A program made the position numbers and the translations under genes. The notes under the pieces are model-generated. The model saw nothing but the letters and a program-made list of their open reading frames with translations. It was not told the origin of the DNA and did no database searches. Shown piece by piece: positions 1 to 9,748 of a DNA stretch of 64,000 nucleotides (its first letter is position 1; every line of letters begins with the position of its first letter). This stretch comes from Phormidium sp. (GTDB lineage: Bacteria > Cyanobacteriota > Cyanobacteriia > Cyanobacteriales > Aerosakkonemataceae): the NCBI GenBank assembly GCA_051013385.1, contig CP143273.1:128001-192000 (forward strand). Reading direction: 5' to 3'.

Positions 1-3000
1 CTGTAGAAATTCGCCAAACGAAAGATCCCATAAGTGGTGGCAATATGCTGTTGGTGAATGAACATGATATTACCGCATTGAAGCAGATTGAAGAGAGATT
101 ACGTTGGAAAGAAACATTATTGCGATCGATGACTAATGCTTCCCCTTTAGCTTTTTATGTAGTAGATAATCGCACCGATGAAATTCTTTACTTTAATCCT
201 CAGTTTTGCCAAATTTGGGAGATTGAACAATTAGAATCACAACTGCAAGGCGGTGAACTAAAAAACAATGATATTCTTCCCTATTGTAGAGAAAAGCTAG
301 CAGATATCCCGGCATTTGCTGAAAGTTTTAAACCATTACAAAGTGAAGAGAACCGCATAGTTGTTGAAGATGAAATTCCTTTTAGGGATGGCAGGATTAT
401 TCGGCGGTTTTCCACACAAATTCGCGATCGAGACGATCGCTATTTCGGCAGACTCTATATATTTGAAGATATCACGGAACGCAAACGTATAGAAGAACAA
501 CTACAATTAGCAGACTTTTCTGTAGAACACTCCTCTCTAGCTACAGTCTGGATTAATCACAATGGAAAAATTATACGTGCCAATAAAAAAGCTTGTGAAC
601 AACAGGGTTTTTCCCGTGAACAGTTGTTATCAATGTACGTTTGGGATTCCGATCCTAAGTTTCCGCAAGAAGCATGGCTGTCACATTGGGAACAATTGAA
701 ACAGCAAAAAACTTTGTCCTTTAGCTCAGAACATTATGCTAAGGATGGCAAAATTATTCCTGTAGAAATTACCTTGAATTATTTAGAATTTAATGGCAAA
801 GAATATAACTTTGCTTGTACTCATGATATAAGCGATCGCCAAGAAACCGAAGCAGCTTTACAACGAAGAGAACAAGAATTTCGCGCTTTAGTGGAAAATG
901 CTCCCGATATTATTATGCGAATCGATCGGAAACTTCGCTATGTTTACATCAATCCAACAGTAGAAAAACATTTAGGCGTTCCCGCTCAAGAATTTATTGG
1001 TAAAACCATAGCAGAATTTGGCGCAGATGAATCATTAGTTAAGCTGTGGCAAACAACTATTCAACAAGTATTTGACACAGGTAAAGAACAAGAAATAGAA
1101 TTTCAATCTCCATCAATTGAAGGAATGGTTTATTATGCTACCCGGATCGTGCCAGAATTTGCTAATGATGGTTCTGTGCAGTCAATATTAGCGATCGCTC
1201 GTGATATTAGCGATCGAGTAGAAGCCGAAAAAGCCTTGCGACAAAACGAAGAACGAATGCAAGCACTATTAAAAGCCCTACCCGACACAATGTTTCGTCA
1301 CCGAGTAGATGGCACTTATTTAGATGTACAAGCAAAAGAAAATACCTTACTCGTACCAGCGTCAGATCTCATTAGCAAAAATTTATTAGACTTGCCTATA
1401 CCAGAACACCTCAAAACAGGATTACTAGAAAATTTTCAAGCCGCAGTCACCACCGGAAAATTACAAACCTACGAACATGACCTAAAAAAACCTGATGGAA
1501 TGCACACTTATGAAGCTCGAATTATCAAAAGTGGTGTTGATGAAGTTGTTTGTATTGTCCGCGATATTACAGAACGCAAACTAGTTCAAAAAGCCTTGCA
1601 AGAAAGCGAAGAACGCTATCGCTCTGTAGTCACAGCAATGGCAGAAGGCATCGTTTTGCAAAATGCTAACGGTGTCATAGATACCTGTAACAAAAGTGCC
1701 GAAAGAATACTCGGTTTAAACAGCGATCAAATGATGGGAAAAACTTCCGTCGATCCTCATTGGCGAGCCATCAAAGAAGACGGATCGCCTTTTCCAGGGG
1801 AACAACACCCAGCAATGGTAACACTCAAAACTGGTAAACCTTGCGTTGATGTAGTGATGGGAGTACATAAACCCGATGATACTTTAACTTGGATTTCGAT
1901 TAACTCCCAACCTTTATTTAAATCTGGCGATTCTCTACCTTACGCAGTTGTCACTTCATTTTTTGATATTACAGAACGCAAACAAGCAGAACAAGCTCTA
2001 CAAAAAGCACTTGCAGCCGCACAAGCAGCATCGATTTCTAAAAGTCGTTTTCTCTCTCACATGAGCCACGAACTGCGAACACCTCTGAATGCAATTCTCG
2101 GTTTTAGTCAGGTAATGGCAAGGAATAGTTCTCTTTCTGCTGAACAAAAAGAACAGCTAAAAATTATTAATCGCAGTGGCGAACATTTGTTAAATTTGAT
2201 CAACGACATTTTATCAATGTCTAAAATTGAAGCAGGTCAGATAACGCTCAACCAAAATCGCTTCGATCTCTATGAATTACTCGAAGACATCGAACAAATG
2301 TTAAGGTTCAAAGCTGCTGGTAAAGGCTTAGAGCTAATCTTTGAGCGATCGCCAAATGTTCCCCAATACATTGAAACAGACGAAAGCAAGTTGCGGCAAA
2401 TTTTAATTAACTTGTTAGGAAATGCCGTTAAATTTACCAATGAAGGTAGGATTTATTTAAGAGCAAAGTTGGGAAATAGAGAGCAAAATCAATCTGTAAT
2501 TATCTTTGAAATAGAAGACACTGGCGCTGGGATAGCACCTGAAGAAATACCCACAATGTTTGAGCCGTTTGTGCAAACAGAAACAGGTCGTCAATCCATG
2601 CAAGGAACCGGATTAGGTTTACCGATTAGCCGACAATTTGTGCGCTTAATGGGGGGAGATATTACAGTTAATAGCCAGTTGGGTAAAGGGACAATTTTTA
2701 CTTTTGAGATTCGAGTTAAAGAAATTGCTGCTGTTCAAGAAAAGAGTTTATCGGCTCCTCAACGAGTGATTGGATTACAACCAAATCAGCCTACTTATCG
2801 GATTTTAATAGTTGAAGATATTGAAGAAAATCGGCTGTTACTAATTAATTTACTGAAACCTTTGGGATTTGAACTACAGGAAGCTGTTAATGGAGAAGAA
2901 GCGATCGCTTTATGGAGAACTTGGCAACCTCACCTGATTTGGATGGATATGCGAATGCCAATCATGGATGGTTATGAAGCGACTAAACAAATTAAAGCCT

Positions 3001-3470
3001 TGCAGCAAGAAAAATTAACAGGGAAAAATATTCCCACTGTAATTATTGCCCTAACAGCTAGTGCTTTTGAAGAAGAACAATCGAGTATTTTTTCAGCTGG
3101 TTGTGATGACTTGGTGTGTAAACCTTTCCCAGAATCAGAGTTGTTTGAAAAAATGTCTCAATACTTAGGCGTGCGCTATATTTATGCCGATAAAAATCAA
3201 CCGACTGCAATACATTCAGCACCACCACAAAAATTGAGCGCAGAACATTTAAAAGTAATGCCTGCTGAGTGGATAACAAAACTACATCAAGCAGTACTCG
3301 GCGCTAACGATGATATTATCTTAAAGTTAGTTGAACAAATTCCTGATACTGAACTTGCTTTGGCTGATAGCTTGACAGAATTAGTCAATAACTTCCGCCT
3401 CGATGTAATCTTAGAGTTAACGGAAACAATTCTTCCTTCAGAGGTATCAGCAAACCACCCTTCTGGGTGA
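1..3470 (+). CDS. Multi-PAS hybrid sensor histidine kinase/response regulator (5' end probably outside window)
   Basis: Several PAS/PAC repeats (DITERK), HisKA H-box SHELRTPLNAILG, HATPase boxes (NLLGNAVKFT, DTGAGI, GTGLGL), receiver (WMDMRMP). The frame is open upstream of the ATG at 45 to the window edge. Confidence 0.93.
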   Translation, partial: VEIRQTKDPISGGNMLLVNEHDITALKQIEERLRWKETLLRSMTNASPLAFYVVDNRTDEILYFNPQFCQIWEIEQLESQLQGGELKNNDILPYCREKLADIPAFAESFKPLQSEENRIVVEDEIPFRDGRIIRRFSTQIRDRDDRYFGRLYIFEDITERKRIEEQLQLADFSVEHSSLATVWINHNGKIIRANKKACEQQGFSREQLLSMYVWDSDPKFPQEAWLSHWEQLKQQKTLSFSSEHYAKDGKIIPVEITLNYLEFNGKEYNFACTHDISDRQETEAALQRREQEFRALVENAPDIIMRIDRKLRYVYINPTVEKHLGVPAQEFIGKTIAEFGADESLVKLWQTTIQQVFDTGKEQEIEFQSPSIEGMVYYATRIVPEFANDGSVQSILAIARDISDRVEAEKALRQNEERMQALLKALPDTMFRHRVDGTYLDVQAKENTLLVPASDLISKNLLDLPIPEHLKTGLLENFQAAVTTGKLQTYEHDLKKPDGMHTYEARIIKSGVDEVVCIVRDITERKLVQKALQESEERYRSVVTAMAEGIVLQNANGVIDTCNKSAERILGLNSDQMMGKTSVDPHWRAIKEDGSPFPGEQHPAMVTLKTGKPCVDVVMGVHKPDDTLTWISINSQPLFKSGDSLPYAVVTSFFDITERKQAEQALQKALAAAQAASISKSRFLSHMSHELRTPLNAILGFSQVMARNSSLSAEQKEQLKIINRSGEHLLNLINDILSMSKIEAGQITLNQNRFDLYELLEDIEQMLRFKAAGKGLELIFERSPNVPQYIETDESKLRQILINLLGNAVKFTNEGRIYLRAKLGNREQNQSVIIFEIEDTGAGIAPEEIPTMFEPFVQTETGRQSMQGTGLGLPISRQFVRLMGGDITVNSQLGKGTIFTFEIRVKEIAAVQEKSLSAPQRVIGLQPNQPTYRILIVEDIEENRLLLINLLKPLGFELQEAVNGEEAIALWRTWQPHLIWMDMRMPIMDGYEATKQIKALQQEKLTGKNIPTVIIALTASAFEEEQSSIFSAGCDDLVCKPFPESELFEKMSQYLGVRYIYADKNQPTAIHSAPPQKLSAEHLKVMPAEWITKLHQAVLGANDDIILKLVEQIPDTELALADSLTELVNNFRLDVILELTETILPSEVSANHPSG

Positions 3471-3626
3471 ATCGCTTTTAGTCTAAGTTGTTAATAATGG
3501 AATCAAGGTTAAAGAGTTATCTTAATGGAGCAATTCATCTCCCGTTACAACGCAGTTTAACGGGAGATGAATTGCGACCAACTCGCCTCAGACTGAGCGC
3601 AGTAAATCAATATTTTTGTGGGATTG

Positions 3627-3635
3627 TGCTATAAT
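3627..3635 (+). promoter_or_regulatory. Extended -10 promoter element for tnpB
   Basis: TGCTATAAT 26 nt upstream of the tnpB ATG. Confidence 0.55.
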
Positions 3636-3661
3636 AAAATCGGTGATTAGGTCGATTAACC

Positions 3662-4862
3662 ATGATAGTCTACGAGTTCAAGTTAAAAGGAAAATTAAGG
3701 CAGTATCAAGCAATTGATGATGCTATTCGCACCTCTCAATTTATCCGCAATAAGTGTCTAAGATACTGGATGGATAATAGAGGGTTAACTGGCTATGACC
3801 TGAACAAATACACTGCGAGATTAGCCAAAGAGTTTTCCTTTGCATCGGAACTCAACTCGACAGCTAGACAGGCATCAGCAGAAAGATGCTGGGCTGGCAT
3901 ATCTCGTTTCTTTGAAAACTGCAAGAAGAAATCCCCAGGAAAGAAGGGTTTTCCAAAGTTCAAAAAGAACCAACGTTCTGTTGAATATAAAAAGTCGGGA
4001 TGGAAACTTTCTGATGACAGGAAAACTATCACCCTTACCGACAAGAAAGGGATGGGTACTTTCAAATTAATCGGAACTTACGATTTGCACTTTTACCAAA
4101 TAGAGCAAATTCAAAGAGTACGATTAGTTAAAAGAGCAGATGGGTATTACTGCCAGTTCTGCATTAGCGTTGATGTCAAGCAAACCTTAAAACCAACAGG
4201 TAGAAATATCGGATTAGATGTGGGATTAAATCATTTCTACACCGATAGCGAAGGCAACAAGCTAGATAATCCACGTTACCTGAGAAAGTCAGAGAAGAGA
4301 TTAAAGCGATTACAGCGTCGAGTTTCTAAAAAGGTCAAGGGTTCAAATAATAGAAAAAGAGCCATTAACCGATTAGGTAGGCAGCATTTAAAGGTATCAA
4401 GGCAGCGTAAAGACTTTGTTGTAAAGACAGCAAGGTGCGTGGTGATGTCTAGCGACATCGTAGCTTTTGAAGATCTAAAAGTGCGAAACATGGTGAAAAA
4501 CCGTCACCTAGCCAAGTCAATTAATGACGCATCTTGGTCACAATTTCGGGAGTGGGTGCAATACTTCGCTCTCAAGTTTGGCAAAGTTGCTATTGCAGTG
4601 CCACCTCACTACACCAGTCAAAATTGCTCTAGTTGTGGGGCAACAGTGAAAAAGTCTCTCTCCATTCGCACCCATGCTTGTAAGTGCGGGGTAGTTTTAG
4701 ACAGAGACGAAAACGCTGCAATCAATATCTTAATCAAGGCGCTGCAAATACTTGGCTATGTATCAAATACGCTCGGGCATAGCGAAATTAACGCTTGTGG
4801 AGAGACGACCCTCTACTTGAACCTGGAAACAGCGATTAAGCAAGGTCACTCGTTGAAGCAAG
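3662..4862 (+). CDS. tnpB: RNA-guided endonuclease TnpB, exon 1 (exon 2 is 9347-9366)
   Basis: Intact RuvC triad GLDVG / AFEDL / DRDENAAINI and zinc finger CSSC...CKC. Joining 4862 to 9347 gives CAA GAA TCT CCC GTC ACA GCG TAG (QESPVTA*). Confidence 0.9.
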
Positions 4863-4937
4863 GTGCGATTCGTTCAGTCTAATCATCAGATAGTAGAAAA
4901 ACGTAGTATAAAGGAGTAAAACGTAGTGAAATGAGGT

Positions 4938-5522
4938 ATGTATCTAACACCGAAACAAGTGTATCAGAAGTATGGATATCACCCTAAGACGTTAGCTGAC
5001 TGGGCTGATGCAGGCAAGATTCCTTGTATCAAGTCAGCGGGAGGGCATCGCAGATACCCAGTTCTGGCACTGGAAAACATGAAAAGCGAACCCAGTGTCG
5101 CTTTCGCCAAGGTGGTAACTTACGCCAGAGTATCGACACAATCCCAAAAAGAAGACTTGCAATCGCAGATTAATTACCTAGCGTCAAGATATCCCAACTG
5201 CGAGTGCATAAGCGACATTGGCTCAGGATTGAACTTTAAACGAAAGAAATTTCTGAGATTAATGCAAAGAGTTGCAGATCGAGAAATTCAGACTTTGGTA
5301 GTGGCACACAAAGACAGGCTATGCAGGTTTGGTTTCGATTTTGTGGAATGGTTCTGCAACCTAAATAACTGCGAAATTGTTGTTCTAAACAACAACTATC
5401 AATCTCCTCAGCAAGAGTTCTTGGAGGATTTTATGGCAATCATGCACTGCTTCAGCGCCAAATTATACTTCCTGAGAAAATACGAAAAACAGATGGTCTC
5501 AGAGTTAGACAAAACACTGTGA
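4938..5522 (+). CDS. tnpA: IS607 transposase TnpA (N-terminal HTH + serine recombinase)
   Basis: N-terminal HTH with GGHRRY; catalytic YARVSTQSQ; DIGSGLNFKRKKF; HKDRLCRFGFD. Confidence 0.95.
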   Translation: MYLTPKQVYQKYGYHPKTLADWADAGKIPCIKSAGGHRRYPVLALENMKSEPSVAFAKVVTYARVSTQSQKEDLQSQINYLASRYPNCECISDIGSGLNFKRKKFLRLMQRVADREIQTLVVAHKDRLCRFGFDFVEWFCNLNNCEIVVLNNNYQSPQQEFLEDFMAIMHCFSAKLYFLRKYEKQMVSELDKTL

Positions 5523-5564
5523 ATCGGAGTATACTAAAAGTAATTCAATCTCCTGGTTTCAGTT

Positions 5565-6866
5565 GTGCTAAAAGCCAAGAAAGGATTCTCAATAACCACT
5601 AAGTCGGTCAAGGCAAAACTTGAGCGAACAAGAGTGAATCAGCAAGAAACCAAAGATGCCTACAATGAAGTAGTGCATTTTTATTTCTTGCTGATTGAAG
5701 AAGATCCTCTTGGCTTAACAATCCCCAAAACAGATAAGGGAGGATGGCGCTACTACGAAATCAAAACATTGAACGATGAATTCATTAAGGGATTGCCTTC
5801 ACCATTCAAGAGAGCCGCAATTCGTCAAGCCATTGGTGCTTATGAATCGTGGCACAGCAATTACCAAAGATGGCTGAATCGTCCCAAAAAGATGAAGCGC
5901 CACAAACCACCAGTACATCCCAGGAAGTTCAACTTTAATCCTCAATATGATTCTGGGATGTGGAAGGAAGATGATGGCGCTTCCATCGTTTTAAAAGTAT
6001 TGGTTAATGGTGAATGGAAATGGATTAAGCATCAATATCAAAGCCCAGAAATTGAATTGGACTGGGTAAAATGCTCTCCGAGAGTGCAGGTGAAAGGTAA
6101 CTCCTTTTGGTTGGTTTTCCCAATCGAGAAATATGTACCTGCTACTGGAGGGATTAAAAAGATTATGTCAACCCCTAAGTTTAGAACTTGCGGGATTGAC
6201 ATGGATCTCGACAAACACATTGCGATTTGCACCGTACTAGAAACCAACGCCAGAGGCGAATCGACGGAAGTTGCTAGATTTTTTATCAATCAGTCAGGCC
6301 ATGTAGCGCGTAGGAAGCGGAATCTAGGACGGATTGCGGTCAAAATGAATCAAACTGGCATTATTTCCCAAGGCTTTGCTAACCAACGGTGGCAGAAATT
6401 ATCGAGGCGAGAGGTAGAGTTTTCTAGGGATGTATCCAGGCTAATTGTCGAATTTGCTAGACATTGGCAAGTTAAAGTTATTAGCTTCGAGCATTTAGGA
6501 AACCTACGTCCCCAAAGAGGAAAATACTCTAAGCGATCCAATCAAAAACGTGCTTATTGGTTAAAAAGCAAAGTTTACGAACAAGTGAAAAGAATTGCTT
6601 TTCAGGATTATGGAATATTGGTAACTAGGGTTAATCCGAGAAATACCAGCAAACTTAGTCCTGATGGGATTCCTGTGTGGAGAGGCAATCAGTTTCCTAG
6701 TTCAATATGGGAGTTTTTGGAGTATCAATCAGGCGCTAACTTTGTCGCTACTCCTGATGGTTATAAAGCTCATTCGGGACTTAATGCTGCTCGAAATATC
6801 GCTCTCAAAGCGATTAAGCGTAACTTGCCAGAAGCTACGCTTAAACTCAAAAGCCTAGAGCGGTAA
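5565..6866 (+). CDS. tnpB: IS607-associated TnpB with atypical RuvC site
   Basis: Follows tnpA; RuvC-like motifs CGIDMDLD, ISFEHL, VNPRNTSK, HSGLNAARNI; no CxxC zinc finger. Confidence 0.85.
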   Translation: MLKAKKGFSITTKSVKAKLERTRVNQQETKDAYNEVVHFYFLLIEEDPLGLTIPKTDKGGWRYYEIKTLNDEFIKGLPSPFKRAAIRQAIGAYESWHSNYQRWLNRPKKMKRHKPPVHPRKFNFNPQYDSGMWKEDDGASIVLKVLVNGEWKWIKHQYQSPEIELDWVKCSPRVQVKGNSFWLVFPIEKYVPATGGIKKIMSTPKFRTCGIDMDLDKHIAICTVLETNARGESTEVARFFINQSGHVARRKRNLGRIAVKMNQTGIISQGFANQRWQKLSRREVEFSRDVSRLIVEFARHWQVKVISFEHLGNLRPQRGKYSKRSNQKRAYWLKSKVYEQVKRIAFQDYGILVTRVNPRNTSKLSPDGIPVWRGNQFPSSIWEFLEYQSGANFVATPDGYKAHSGLNAARNIALKAIKRNLPEATLKLKSLER

Positions 6867-7832
6867 CGCTAATGGTGTGCAATCAAACTTGAACGGTAAG
6901 CAACGCCACTTTGATTGTACTGGGCTTGGGTAGACTGCGCCTAATGATTCCTACGCTCACTACGCCCCATCGGTCGGATCTAGTATCCAATAGGCTTAGG
7001 GATGCGCTTACAGAGGAGTCTAAAAAGTGAACCGAATTACGCTGTTTGGCTACGCTTTACTGCGTTTTTGGGCTACTCGAAACCAAATTATAGGAGGATG
7101 ACTGGCTTTAGTAGAGTAACCCATTAGGGTAGAGTTCGCACTTTAATCCTCTACTAATGACAACTTGGTATCCATATAGGTGAGGACATCTAGCCGAGCC
7201 AACAAGCGAAGACAGCTAGAGGTTAAGAGGAAGAATGCAGGGCTACACCAGCAGTATAACTCTAGCCACAATAAACCAAGTCCTATCGCCCTGGTGTGGG
7301 GCTGAAAGCACACAAGCAGCCTATTATAGGTTGCCCCCATAGGGGAGATTGACCATCAAACCTATGAAGCGGGGGTGAAAGCAGGAATAGACGGTAATAG
7401 CTGAAAGCGTCTACTGCAAGCAAAAGTTCTATGGGTAGAACAAACAAAGTGTTGAGGAGCCATCGTAACGTCGAAGCAGGGTATATAAGCTCACAGACTT
7501 AAATCTGAACCCTGCATTGGAAATATCCAATAAAGGTAAGGGATAACAGGTTCCTTGTACCGAGTTATCGCACCCCCTAAACCCTCGGTGGATAGACACG
7601 CCCTAAAGAACTTAACAATGGATACCAGGAACGAAGTAACCCCCATCGTATGCTCCCTGCTAGGTCGATTAGTAAGGTAGGCAGTCAAGCCAGAAGCTAC
7701 GAGGGGATGGGATGGTTTAAGAAGCAAATGCCAAGCCTGAGCTTACAGGCAACGCTTGAAAAGAGATGGCTTAATAGCCTGGATATGCTGACGTAAATCG
7801 CAAGGTGTTAATGCTTAGAGGTACAAGTAGCA

Positions 7833-9271
7833 ATGTATAAGCCTAAATCAGATTCAAAATTGAATACTGAGGGATGGAGTGCTATCGATTGGCGTAAGGT
7901 TGAGCGATATGTATTCAAGTTGCAAAAGCGCATCTACGCTGCTTCCCATTGCGGCAATGTCAAGCTAGTTCGCAAACTCCAAAGAACGCTGATGAGGTCT
8001 TGGTCTAATAGAGTTCTATCGGTACGACGGGTAACACAAGAGAATCAAGGTAAAAAGACGGCAGGTGTGGATGGAATAAAAAGTCTATCCCCAGTAGCGC
8101 GTATGAAACTTGTAGGGCAACTAAAACTCACTGGAAAATCCAAGCCTACCAGAAGAGTTTGGATACCAAAACCCGGAAGGGAAGAAAAACGCCCACTAGG
8201 GATACCCACAATGTACGACCGAGCTTTACAAGCCGTAGTTAAGACGGCTATAGAACCCGAATGGGAAGCTGTCTTTGAACCAAACAGCTACGGTTTTAGA
8301 CCAGGAAGGTCTTGCCACGATGCGATAAAACAGATTAAAAACTGTATCCAACAAAAGACTAAATTTGTACTAGATGCAGATATAGCCAAATGTTTTGACC
8401 GCATCAACCATTTAACTCTACTCCATTAGAATTGAAATCCGAAAAGACGAGGCTAACTCACACCCTCAACCCTGAGCTAAGTGAGGACGGTACTGCTGGC
8501 TTTGACTTTCTGGGTCATCACATACAGCAATACCCGACTGGTAAATATCAGAGTGCAAAAAACGCTGCTGGTAGGATATTGGGTTTCAAAACTCTCATCA
8601 CCCCATCCAAGAAGGCGAGTAAGGAACATCAAGAGGCAATCGGAAGACTCATCAAAAAACACAGGTCATCGCCGCAATCGGCGCTCATTGCAGACCTTAA
8701 CCCTGTGATCAGGGGATGGACTTCTTATTTCAGTAATTCCGATGCACAAACAGTTGGGCAATTAACAAAACAGGATTACCTCACATACCTGAAACTTCGC
8801 AGATGGGCAAAAAGACGCTGTGGAAACATCAATGACGGACACAAACGTTATTGGACATCCATAGGTAATAGAAACTGGGTATTCGCAACCAGGGAAGGGA
8901 ATGCGAACCCCCTCCGGTTACTTGCACATTCAGAACTCGGCAGCAGCAGCACTGAATATGTCAAGGTTAAAGACGATAAAAGCCCCTTCGATGGCGACAC
9001 AGTTTATTGGAGTACAAGAATGGGGACACACCCTGAAATGCCGAATCGAGCGGCTAAGTTGCTCAAACAACAAAAGGGTAAATGTTCCTATTGCGGATTA
9101 AGCTTCCAATCATGGGATGTAATGGAAGTAGACCATATAATCCCCAGAACGCTAGGTGGTAAGGATGAATGGAAAAACCTACAACTATTACATCGGCATT
9201 GTCATGACGAAAAGACTGCTAATGATGGCAGTGGAAGTCCTGTAATGACAAAAAGGAAGCACATTGAGTAG
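7833..9271 (+). pseudogene. ltrA: Group II intron reverse transcriptase/maturase/HNH with internal deletion of the RT core
   Basis: N-terminal RT blocks (KTAGVDG, RPLGIPT, SYGFRPGRSCHDA, DADIAKCFDRI) stop at 8429. Another frame resumes at LELKSEKT, GFDFLG, maturase LNPVIRGW and HNH (CSYC..DHIIP..GG..NLQLLHRHCH). PQG and YADD are absent. Confidence 0.9.
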
Positions 9272-9419
9272 CCGTGTGCGATGAAAGTCGCACGCACGGT
9301 TTCGGATGGGAGGGGAGAAATAGTAATATTTCTCCTCGACCCTACCAATCTCCCGTCACAGCGTAGCTTGACGGTGAGAGTGTCAACTGCTTCTATTGCC
9401 TAATTCTATATTTAACTAA

Positions 9420-9449
9420 AAGCCTATCTCTAATTTTAGAGGTAGGCTT
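9420..9449. terminator. Stem-loop downstream of the IS element
   Basis: AAGCCTATCTCTAA-TT-TTAGAGGTAGGCTT inverted repeat. Confidence 0.5.
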
Positions 9450-9479
9450 AATTATTACACATCTTTAGGAATTCTTGTA

Positions 9480-9507
9480 GTAGAGACGTTGTATACAACG
9501 TCTCTAC
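9480..9507. repeat. Perfect 28-bp palindrome (GTAG-type cyanobacterial REP-like repeat)
   Basis: GTAGAGACGTTGTATACAACGTCTCTAC. Confidence 0.75.
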
Positions 9508-9719
9508 AATCTTTGAAAGGAGATGTCTATTGGATGGGAGCATTTAAGCGATCGCGATCGGACGAGTAATCGATCCGGTAGCACCTTTAACTCTAATCGG
9601 TGTGAGAATATAGGCAAATGCGGAAATGCGATCGCTATTCCCCGAACCCAATAATTTGCCAAAATTTTATCTTTTTTTAACCGCTCTGTCTCTGCAAGGG
9701 TATCAAATCCGATCTATCA

Positions 9720-9748
9720 TTGACTTAATAACTATTTGGTAATATACT
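9720..9748 (+). promoter_or_regulatory. Sigma70-type promoter of the petC-paralog operon
   Basis: TTGACT-N17-TATACT; the spacer holds the imperfect palindrome ATAACTATTTGGTAAT. Confidence 0.65.

Larger units (their letters stand above)
4890..7096 (+). mobile_element. IS607-family element (tnpA serine recombinase + tnpB) inserted in intron domain I
   Basis: Left-end direct repeats AAAACGTAGT (4898, 4918); complementary CTACGC-type repeats near the right end (6950-7065); AG at both junctions (4888-4889, 7095-7096). Boundaries are approximate. Confidence 0.8.
4863..9346 (+). mobile_element. Group II intron (IIB/chloroplast-like type), carrying an IS607 insertion and a deleted RT
   Basis: 5' end GTGCG at 4863; domain V TAGCCGTGTGCGATGAAAGTCGCACGCACGGTTT (~9269-9302) with AGC triad; domain VI hairpin with bulged A at 9339, 8 nt from the 3' end (..CCTACC 9346); RT/maturase/HNH ORF remains in domain IV. 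Confidence 0.92.
3521..9386 (+). mobile_element. IS200/IS605-family tnpB-only (IS1341-like) element, interrupted by a group II intron
   Basis: Left-end hairpin GCAATTCATCTCCCGTTA...TAACGGGAGATGAATTGC (3530-3575) after TTAT (3517-3520); tnpB; right-end hairpin TCTCCCGTCA...TGACGGTGAGA ending GTCAA at 9386. Confidence 0.85.

Noticed and set aside
4863..4882. TnpB C-terminus GAIRSV as given in the ORF track
   Set aside because: It is read-through into the intron 5' end; the native end is at 9347-9366.
7143..7727. Two short minus-strand ORFs
   Set aside because: They lie antisense to structured intron RNA and have no recognisable motifs.
6867..7830. CRISPR array beside the atypical TnpB (Cas12-like system)
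   Set aside because: No regularly spaced repeat-spacer units; the region is explained by the IS607 end and intron domains I-III.
7833..9271. Retron, DGR or defence RT, or a programmed frameshift
   Set aside because: Group II maturase/HNH and ribozyme domains are present, and the missing RT core cannot be restored by a frameshift.
4863..9346. Classical IStron (group I intron fused to an IS)
   Set aside because: Boundaries, domains V/VI and the RT ORF are group II; the IS is near the 5' end, not at the 3' splice site.
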